DNA of 51,042 bases from Nemertoderma westbladi (taxonomy: Eukaryota > Animalia > Xenacoelomorpha): contig JAUCBJ010001567.1 in assembly GCA_032718475.1 (NCBI GenBank), positions 1 through 51,042 of the forward strand, in the 5' to 3' direction. This document shows positions 41,997 to 51,042 of this stretch, piece after piece. The translations under genes were made by a program, and so were the position numbers. Below the pieces are notes generated by a model. It made no database searches, was not told the DNA's origin, and saw only the letters and a list, made by a program, of their open reading frames with translations. Every line of letters begins with the position of its first letter. The first letter of the stretch is position 1.

Positions 41997-42252
41997 TATA
42001 CATACTTGTTGCAAAGTACTTTACAGTGTTCTGATCCTCGTGGCTTTATTTTCACTCACCCACTAACGTTCGTTCGTGTAACAAAGCCACTCGGATCATA
42101 ACACTTTAAAGTGCTACTTTACACACAAGTATGTAAATAGTTATTACATCATTGTGTACAAAGTAGCACTTTGCAGCGTTATGACTCGAGTTTATTTATG
42201 TACCGAACGAGCGCAGCGAGGGAGGTTAACATAAATAAACAAGGGTCTTAAC
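41997..42252. mobile_element. two adjacent palindromic MITE-like elements (41997-42139 and a partial 42144-42252)
   Basis: tacatacttg...aaagt..ttt.cagtgtt.tgatcc..gtggcttt is inverted at the other end. The second piece matches 46326-46472. Confidence 0.65.
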
Positions 42253-42851
42253 TATTATGGGGTTTTATAAGATAAACAATGTTCCATAATGATATATTTA
42301 TTAAATAGAAGAAATGGCCTGCATAGGAAGCAAATACATGCAACATTCGAATGCTCATATCTCCGCTATTTCCCAACCAAGTTCGAATGTTTTAACATTT
42401 CTGGAATCCTTGCACGGTCAGCTTTCTGTTGGTACCAACAAATCACGATAAGGTTCAAGAATAACTGCGGTGTAACTGGTGAAATATCACCGGAGACACC
42501 TTTTTCAAAAACTTGTACTGTAGCTAAAGATTGAAAGTAAAAATAAAAATTATGGCTCACCCAGCAAGGAGGAGGGAGATGAAACTATCTATGTTTCAAA
42601 TTTAATGCAATCTCTTTAAGATTTGTTGAAAAATTTGAGGGTGGGGTGGGGGGGGGGGGGGGCGTGGTGGTCCAGGAACCTGAATAAAGACACTATATTC
42701 CAGGACACATATTTACAAACACCATACAGTCTCGACACTACTGGCAATGTAATTTAACCTGAAGCAAGGACCAATCACAGACGAGCAGTAATTGAAACTC
42801 TAGTGCTGAGGCCGTGCGGGATGTGGGAATACAACACTTACAAACGGTTAC

Positions 42852-45073
42852 GCGAACTTTGTTCCAATGGTTGCGAACTTTGTTCCAATAGTTGCGAACT
42901 GTGTACCAATGGTTGCGAACTTTGTTCCAATGGTTGCGAACTTTGTACCAATGGTTGCGAACTTTGTACCAATGGTTGCGAACTTTGTTCCAATGGTTGC
43001 GAACTTTGTTCCAATGGTTGCGATCTTTGGACCAATGGTTGCGAACTTTGTACCAATGGTTGCGAACTTTGTTCCAATGGTTGCGAACTTTGTTCCAATG
43101 GTTGCGAACTTTGTTCCAATGGTTGCGAACTTTGTTCCAATGGTTGCGAACTTTGTACCAATGGTTGCGAACTTTGTACCAATGGTGGCGAACTTTGTTC
43201 CAATGGTTGCGAACTTTGTTCCAATGGTTGCGAACTTTGTACCAATGGTTGCGAACTTTGTACCAATGGTTGCGAACTTTGTACCAATGGTTGCGAACTT
43301 TGTTCCAATGGTTGCGAACTTTGTTCCAATGGTTGCGAACTTTGTTCCAATGGTTGCGAACTTTGTTCCAATGGTTGCGAACTTTGTACCAATGGTTGCG
43401 AACTTTGTTCCAATGGTTGCGACCTTTGTTCCAATGGTTGCGATCTTTGTTCCAATGGTTGCGACCTTTGTTCAGATGGTTGCGAACTTTGTACCAATGG
43501 TTGCGAACTTTGTACCAATGGTTGCGAACTTTGTTCCAATGGTTGCGAACTTTGTTCCAATGGTTGCGAACTTTGGACCAATAGTTGCGAACTTTGTTCC
43601 AATGGTTGCGAACTTTGTTCCAATGGTTGCGAACTTTATACCAATGGTTGCGAACTTTGTTCCAATGGTTGCGAACTTTGTTCCAATGGTTGCGAACTTT
43701 GTTCCAATGGTTGCGAACTTTGTTCCAATGGTTGCGTACTTTGTTCCAATGGTTGCGAACTTTGTTCTAATGGTTGCGAACTTTGTACCAATGGTTGCGA
43801 ACTTTGTTCCAATGGTTGCGAACTTTGTTCAAATTGTTGCGAACTTTGTACCAATGGTTGCGAACTTTGTTCCAATGGTTGCGAACTTTGTACCAATGGT
43901 TGCGAACTTTGTTCCAATAGTTGCGAACTTTGTTCCAATGGTTGCGAACTTTGTACCAATGGTTGCGAACTTTGTACCAATGGTTGCGAACTTTGTTCCA
44001 ATGGTTGCGAACTTTGTACCAATGGTTGCGAACTTTGTTCCAATAGTTGCGAACTTTGTACCAATGGTTGCAAACTTTGTTCCAATGGTTGCGAACTGTG
44101 TACCAATGGTTGCGAACTTTGTTCCAATGGTTGCGAACTTTGTACCAATAGTTGCGAACTTTGTTCCAATGGTTGCGAACTTTGTTCCAATGGTTGCGAA
44201 CTTTGTTCCAATGGTTGCGAACTTTGTTCCAATGGTTGTGAACTTTGTACCAATGGTTGCGAACTTTGTACCAATGGTTGCGAACTTTGTTCCAATGGTT
44301 GCGAACTTTGGAGCAATAGTTGCGAACTTTGTTCCAATGGTTGCGAACTTTGTACCAATGGTTGCGAACTTTGTTCCAATGGTTGCGAACTTTGTTCCAA
44401 TGGTTGCGAACTTTGTACCAATGGTTGCGAACTTTGTTCCAATGGTTGCGAACTTTGTACCAATGGTTGCGAACTTTGTTCCAATGATTGCGAACTTTGT
44501 TCCAATGGTTGCGAACTTTGTACCAATGGTTGCGAACTTTGTACCAATGGTTGCGAACTTTGTTCCAATGGTTGCGAACTTTGTACCAATGGTTGTGAAC
44601 TTTGTTCCAATAGTTGCGAACTTTGTACCAATGGTTGTAAACTTTGTTCCAATGGTTGCGAACTGTGTACCAATGGTTGCGAACTTTGTTCCAATGGTTG
44701 CGAACTTTGTACCAATGGTTGCGAACTTTGTTCCAATGGTTGCGAACTTTGTTCCAATGGTTGCGAACTTTGTTCCAATGGTTGCGAACTTTGTTCCAAT
44801 GGTTGCGAACTTTGTTCCAATGGTTGCGAACTTTGTTCCAATGGTTGCGACCTTTGTTCCAATGGTTGCGAACTTTGTTCCAATGGTTGCGACCTTTGTT
44901 CCAATGGTTGCGAACTTTGTTCCAATGGTTGCGACCTTTGTTCCAATGGTTGCGAACTTTGTACCAATGGTTGCGAACTTTGTTCCAATGGTTGCGAACT
45001 TTGTTCCAATGGTTGCGAACTTTGGACCAATAGTTGCGAACTTTGTTCCAATGGTTGCGAACTTTGTTCCAAT
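42852..45073. repeat. 21-bp minisatellite, about 106 copies
   Basis: Unit ttgcgaactttgt(t/a)ccaatgg. Confidence 0.97.
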
Positions 45074-45408
45074 TACCTTTTATATTTCAACTACATAACA
45101 TACGTAAGCCGATAAACTGATCACGATGGAATGTTACTATTGAGTATTTATTGTGGTTGATGTGTTATATAATAAAGTTTTGGCAGTCAGGAAGCATTGG
45201 GTACTTTTATAAAGATATAGAACACGTCTGTGCTAATTGGCCAATTAAACAGACCAACTGAAATCAACTAGGGGCAATATTACAATGTCTACCACACTGT
45301 GCAGCTGTCTACCACTACCACGCGGTATTTTTCAAACAGGTGCTTTCGGACTCACCTATAATGCAAACTAAGGTGATCAGGACGAAACTTGTCGATTCTC
45401 TATAAAGA

Positions 45409-45463
45409 GCATCCTACACCATCATCCTACACCATCATCCTACACCATCATCCTACACCATCA
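45409..45463. repeat. 13-bp tandem repeat, four copies
   Basis: catcctacaccat repeated. Confidence 0.85.
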
Positions 45464-45644
45464 CTCTACTCCCCATACGTCTCCGTCTGGCCTTACACTA
45501 TAGGCATAATCTAATAAGTTATGGACTACAACACTGAAGGAAATAGATGGTACTGTATATTTGATTCGTAATCATATCCTGTTGTTATGCCGGTATTCTT
45601 ATGTTAGTCATTAAATCCTAGTGGGGTGGGGTTCATTGGAAGAA

Positions 45645-45990
45645 AGTTCGCATCCTATTGGAACAAAGTTCGCAACTATTGGAACAAAGTTCGCAACTAT
45701 TGGAACAAAGTTCGCAACTATTGGAACAAAGTTCGCAACTATTGGAACAAAGTTCGCAAATATTGGAACAAAGTTCGCAAGTATTGGAACAAAGTTCTCA
45801 AATATTGGAACAAAGTACGCAACTATTGGAACAAAGTTCGCAAATATTGGAACAAAGTACGCAACTATTGGAACAAAGTTCGCAACTATTGGAACAAAGT
45901 TCGCAAATATTGGAACAAAGTACGCAACCCATTGGAACAAAGTTTGCAACCATTGGAACAAAGTTCGCAAAATTAGGTTTTGGAACAAAG
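45645..45990. repeat. inverted copy of the 21-bp array, about 15 copies
   Basis: Unit ttggaacaaagttcgcaacta is the reverse complement of the 42852-45073 unit variant. Confidence 0.95.
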
Positions 45991-46325
45991 AACCACACAC
46001 GCTTACAAACCCCATGCATTGTCAGCACTTTAATAAATGAGTAAATTGGGCATTGAGCTGTAGCTGTGAATGCAAATGTAATTAGAGGCAATATTGCCCT
46101 CGGCACTTGTCATATGTTATGTGCACAGACAAAATTGGTAATTTATTAATGTTTGTTTGTTAATGTACAAAGTAGAAGCGGATATTTATTTATCGAAGAA
46201 CAGTGACAGTCAACATATATTCTCGTCAAATATTAATTAAACCATTTCCATTAATTACGGTATTAAACCTTGCGTAATGCGATTAATATATCAATGGGAA
46301 TACGATGTTTAGAATTCATAACTAT

Positions 46326-46472
46326 TTACATAATTGTGTGCAAAGTAGCACTTTGCACCGTTATGACCCGAGTTTATTTTTGTACCGAGCGAACGCAGCG
46401 AGGGAGGTTTACATAAATAAACAAGGGTCATTAACGCTGAAAAATGACCTTTGCAAGCAATGATGTATGTAA
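46326..46472. mobile_element. palindromic MITE-like element, same family as 42144-42252
   Basis: caaagtagcactttgca.cgttatgac.cgagtttattt.tgtaccga.cga.cgcagcgagggaggtt.acataaataaacaagggtc is shared. Confidence 0.65.
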
Positions 46473-47539
46473 TTTTGTTATATTATGTCAACTTATCAGC
46501 GTTCGGTATGTGAATAAAGGATTTTATGGATGCTCATTTATACATTTTAATCATGTACTATATCGAATATAAGTAAAATTTATTAACAGGTACACTGGTA
46601 CACAGTATTAATTATACATTTAAATCTAATTAAAGTTTATTGGAAGTTATCTCCTGCTTGGATGATGTGATAAATCATTAATCCATCTTGACTATAGTCG
46701 ACTGAAGCAAACTTAGTCACCGTCTGTGTCCGTTCAGTTTTACTGAACACTGTCGCCATATTTTCTTTGCTCGTTTTCTCTAAAATGTCTTCTATAGGAC
46801 GTATGGAATACGGTCTTACACATTAAACATTTATTTACATACTGTAGATCGGCCCGTCACTTCAAACTGGACGCACGCATTATGCAAACACATGCTGCTT
46901 TATTGAATAAAGAAGCACGCACTAATATAAATAGAAATAATACATTATGGAATACGGTAAATTAAGTTGTATCCATGTTATTGATTATTTGGCAGCGTTA
47001 CGAGTAATTCACCAGAACGCTGTTAAGTTGACATATGTAACAAAAGTATAATACAACATTACGCCAATAATATCACTATATGCAGACAAAATGATCAAAA
47101 AAATGTTGAAAAAAATCACTAAAATTCACAAATATATAGCTAACTTGTGAGCTTCACTTAACAAATTATGCTATTAGAGGCTACTTATTATTATTCTTGT
47201 AAAATATTGTAATAATAATAATAATATTAATATACTTTTATCAATACCAATATTTTACCAATATGTATTATATACTGTTATTCGAATATATTTTTAAATG
47301 ATGAACCGAGTAATAGGCAGATTTCACCCAATTCTCCATTCCTTACAGCGTTTGGAACACTTTTGTTTCTACCTGCCAACTAAGTATAAAACCCGATCAC
47401 TAGTTCGACCCATCTTTCCTTTCCTTACATGATTTCAACGTACAACAAAAATATAGCTCATTAACCAATGCCAGGTGTTAATTCTAGGTGTTCCTAGTGG
47501 TGTAATGATTGGGAATACGGAAACCGACATATAACCCAT

Positions 47540-48955
47540 TAGGGATGCGACAGAGTTAAAATTTCATCCGGAGCCCGGAGGTTTCTCCAGGTTACAATAT
47601 GAGCTCCGACCGGAGCCGGAACCGGAGCCGGAGCAGGAGATTGATTATTGGTGATTGATAATTCCAGTGTATTATTATAGTAGTCATAGACAGATATGTG
47701 TTCATGAGACAAGGGGGGGGGGGGGGGGGGGGGGATTTGATACAAATTCTTACGCGGCGAATTAATATTTCGCCTCAATGTTAAATTTATAAATTAACGG
47801 AAATAAGCAATTATTTACAGTCGCATGCTATTCTAATCAAAACAATAAACTATATTCAATAGAACAGGATACAGTTTTATTTTTGGGAATAATCCGTTGT
47901 TATTTGCGTTGATTGTCCCCTAGAGAGGGAATGTATGAACGTTGGAGTCCAACGTCCTTAAACTATGAATTTATATTGCGTCCAAAGACTCCCCTATCTG
48001 GTGTTCATTGGGCTAAAATATGTTTCCGACTTTTCAGTTCACACTCACCCCCCCCCTCCCCCCCCCCCCTCCCCCAAGTTATTATGTCTAGTGGCATTAG
48101 GTCCTGTATCATAAGTACTGCATCGTTAGGTCACTGCGTTGCCGCACTTATCGAAATATTTTGTAGTTCTATTGGAGAAACATAATGGCTGGTGTAAAAT
48201 GATGCAGCACCTAATGGCTATCTGTGACGAAACCAAAAAACTATATTGGGAGGGGGGGGGGGGGGGTGCGCTACTCTACCGACATCAGAACAACGCAGGA
48301 CATCATTATGACCATCGCTAATTATGTCTGTAATTTATGTCAGGTAATGCGTCATAGGTCCTATGGTCGTTAGGTCCTGTGACATAATGTCCTGCGACAA
48401 TAGATCCTTAGTTACAGCTGATTACTAGTATATAATGAATCTGTAACATGTGCTATCGAGTCTTGTTTATTGTTTTGGTTAGAATAATACCGGTCCGTCA
48501 CTATATAACCTGCACCCTTCTCGACTGAAAAAAACGACATGAACAGTACCAGCCTGTTGTGGATGGGGATGGGGTGGGGGGGGGGGGGGGGGGGTGTGGG
48601 TCAGTGGACTGGGGGTTCTAAACTGACGAACGAAACGATAATACCAGATGTACTTAAGATTTTTTAATTAGCGAAGAATATTAATTGAATTAACTTGAAA
48701 CATTTTTCACAAACATTTAAACAATTTCACAAGGGGGGTGGGGGGTTACCATGAAACTTAAACAAAACAAGCTGTAAATTACTTAATGAGTTATTACCGG
48801 TATGTTAATTACTATGATTATGACATTATTCATACATCACAAAATCTTATTGTTTTAATTCGAATTTCAACAACATAAGCTCCGGATTGGCTCCGGGTTC
48901 AGAAAATTGACCCGGAGCTCTGGATTTCCGGAGCCGGAGCTCTGTCGCATCCCTA
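47540..48955. mobile_element. non-autonomous hAT DNA transposon
   Basis: 16-bp TIRs TAGGGATGCGACAGAG and CTCTGTCGCATCCCTA, perfect 8-bp TSD TAACCCAT (47532-47539, 48956-48963), subterminal ggagcc repeats, no transposase. Confidence 0.92.
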
Positions 48956-49081
48956 TAACCCATACTATACTACATAAGTGATGAGATACAATCTAACAAT
49001 ATACAATCTATCTTTTATTCAACTTATAATGCGTTAGTTAGAAATAGTTATTTACATTTGGGCGTTAATTGCATCAACTAT

Positions 49082-49486
49082 CTATGCAAAAACGACATCA
49101 TATGGTTTAGACTTTGCTAAGTCTCTGTCAACGTATTGCCCGCGATTAGAAACAATATCAGTCTGGGGGTCTTTACAATAACATACTGCACTGTTACTAC
49201 TAATACAATATATACAAAACGCTGGGGCCGGGAATGTAACTGCCGTGTTCGAGCCCAGGTCCCGATGGTCATGTGGTAACATTTGTTCGACAGAAGTCTC
49301 TTCTACACCATCACTGACTATTCTGTATTCTCCGTCGTATCTACTGCGTCTCGCAAGCAATAACTCCGATGCGATTACTCTATAATTGGCTAAATCACCA
49401 GAGTTTGGGACATCAACCAGAGGTATTTTACCCCAGTTTGTATCTTCTTGTTCTCCCGCTGATGTTGCTCCTATGGTTGGAGCGAT
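49082..49486 (-). CDS. probable terminal coding exon (134 aa) of an unidentified gene
   Basis: The open frame begins at acceptor tttaattacag (in-frame stop three codons upstream): IAPTIGATSAGEQEDTNWGKIPLVDVPNSGDLANYRVIASELLLARRSRY...CIYCISSNSAVCYCKD...KPYDVVFA*. GC is higher than in the flanks. Confidence 0.45.
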   Translation of the reverse strand: MAPTIGATSAGEQEDTNWGKIPLVDVPNSGDLANYRVIASELLLARRSRYDGEYRIVSDGVEETSVEQMLPHDHRDLGSNTAVTFPAPAFCIYCISSNSAVCYCKDPQTDIVSNRGQYVDRDLAKSKPYDVVFA

Positions 49487-49649
49487 CTGTAATTAAATAC
49501 AATGATCGGGTAACACACCGTGTAATTATTGATTGATATCTACAGACAGGCTAATATTATACAACAGTAAATATATTGCATTATGTATAATACATAATGC
49601 ATGTATTATATAGACAAGATAATAAGATCCAAGACATGATAAACATGAT

Positions 49650-50272
49650 ATATCATATGCTAAATAATATGAGACATAGCTATAAGTAACATGATCATAG
49701 ATAAATAACATGAGACACAACTATAAGTAACATGATACATATAGATAAATAACATGAGACACAACTATAAGTAACATGATACATAGATAAATAACATGAG
49801 ACACAACTATAAGTAACATGATACATAGATAAATAACATGAGACACAACTATAAGTAACATGATACATAGATAAATGACATGAGACACAACTATAAGTAA
49901 CATGATACATAGATAAATGACATGAGACACAACTATAAGTAACATGATACATAGATAAATAACATGAGACACAACTATAAGTAACATGATACATAGATAA
50001 ATAACATGAGACACAACTATAAGTAACATGATACATAGATAAATAACATGAGACACAACTATAAGTAACATGATACATAGATAAATGACATGAGACACAA
50101 CTATAAGTAACATGATACATAGATAAATAACATGAGACACAACTATAAGTAACATGATACATAGATAAATAACATGAGACACAACTATAAGTAACATGAT
50201 ACATAGATAAATAACATGAGACACAACTATAAGTAACATGATACATAGATAAATACCATCAGACACAACTAA
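49650..50272. repeat. 42-bp minisatellite, about 14 copies
   Basis: Unit atagataaataacatgagacacaactataagtaacatgatac. Confidence 0.95.
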
Positions 50273-50274
50273 AA

Positions 50275-51042
50275 GTGGAGACCATACGCCGTTGGTTGTG
50301 CCTACTAGAGGCGTGAAAGAGAACCGGCGGTCTTCACACACCTCACGGTAATGTGCCCTCTTGGCCCGGCAGCGCTGTTCCAAGATGGAACTGGTAGAGC
50401 GGTTAGCTAGGGCGTAAGAGGGGTCGTTCGCGTTTACAACCACAATGTCGAACGACGCCTCCCTCTGTCTCCCTCTCGCCACAGTCCCCGCGCCACAATA
50501 TCCGCACGAACTCCGCCAATGACCTGGCCATCCCGGTTAATTGAACCCGTAGAGAGAACAACCTCGCGTGATACTGCAGAGGCGCCATAGGCCGTCGACA
50601 TGAGGTCATCGAAAACATCCTGGACCTCATTATGCCTTCTCGTAACTAAACCGCCGGTTTTTCAGATGAGATCGTGGGTAGTTGAGAACCATTCCCACAC
50701 CCGTCGCACTTGAGTGGGAGTCCAGCCTGTGCAAAGCCGTAGCGGAGCGCTAGGTTGTCCCTAAAAGACTCGTGGTCGAGATTTGTATGGTCAAGAGTCT
50801 AAGGTTGGGCGGTAAGCCAGCCTCCGCCTTTATTCACAGATATCCAACGTACTGTGCGCCACCGATATGTGGGGAGCCCATTGATAGCTGTCTCTAGCCA
50901 CAGCTGCGGCTAGGGTTTTACCGTGATTCCCAATGTGGAGTGCAGTCCCGCTGGAGACAGCCTCCACGATTAGAGCAGATCCAAAGCAGGGACATAGCGG
51001 TGGAGGATAGCCTAACGGATGGGAGAAACCTCATTGACGTCA
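50275..51042 (-). mobile_element. decayed CRE-like non-LTR retrotransposon, Zn-knuckle and restriction-like endonuclease region
   Basis: Minus-strand pieces WLTAQP, SFRDNLALRYG..LPLKCDGCG, HDLI*KTGGLVTRRHNEVQD, FDIVVVNANDPSY, AKRAHYREVCEDRRFSFTPLV..TNG, with stops and frameshifts. Confidence 0.75.

Noticed and set aside
42803-45115. 770-aa metallothionein-like (CELCSNG)n ORF
   Set aside because: Several frames on both strands are equally open and an inverted copy of the array exists nearby, so no coding constraint is evident. RNA-seq or proteomics would be needed to revive it.
46637-46823. minus-strand ~60-codon frame (RPIEDILEKTSKENMATVFSK...GDNFQ*)
   Set aside because: Short, no recognisable motif and no convincing splice partner.
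49526-50482. 183-253-aa hydrophobic repeat ORFs
   Set aside because: Read-through from the dead CRE frame into the 42-bp satellite.

Overview
Eukaryotic genomic DNA, most likely from an invertebrate animal: AT-rich, intron-poor and dominated by repeats. Four genes can be reconstructed by hand. (1) A 149-aa calmodulin (+; coding exons 12292-12469, 26769-26930, 28551-28660). (2) An intact 678-aa GFAT/GFPT (-; 25724-24978 and 22555-21266) nested antisense in the 14.3-kb calmodulin intron. (3) A divergent 147-aa calmodulin-like paralog with the same intron positions (+; 33354-33528, 33666-33827, 40327-40433). (4) An intronless DNAL1/LC1 axonemal dynein light chain 353 bp downstream of it. A probable last exon of an unknown gene lies at 49486-49082 (-). 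The rest is about ten unrelated minisatellite arrays, five RTE-clade LINE copies plus a short RT fragment, a decayed CRE-like retrotransposon, several MITEs and an inverted pair of tRNA-derived heads. The long ORFs in the supplied track are mostly repeat artefacts. The most striking feature is a 33-bp satellite (about 160 copies, 33813-39176) made of the exon/intron junction of the calmodulin-like gene. It is a train of AG|GT sites, and most copies also carry a TGACGTCA motif.
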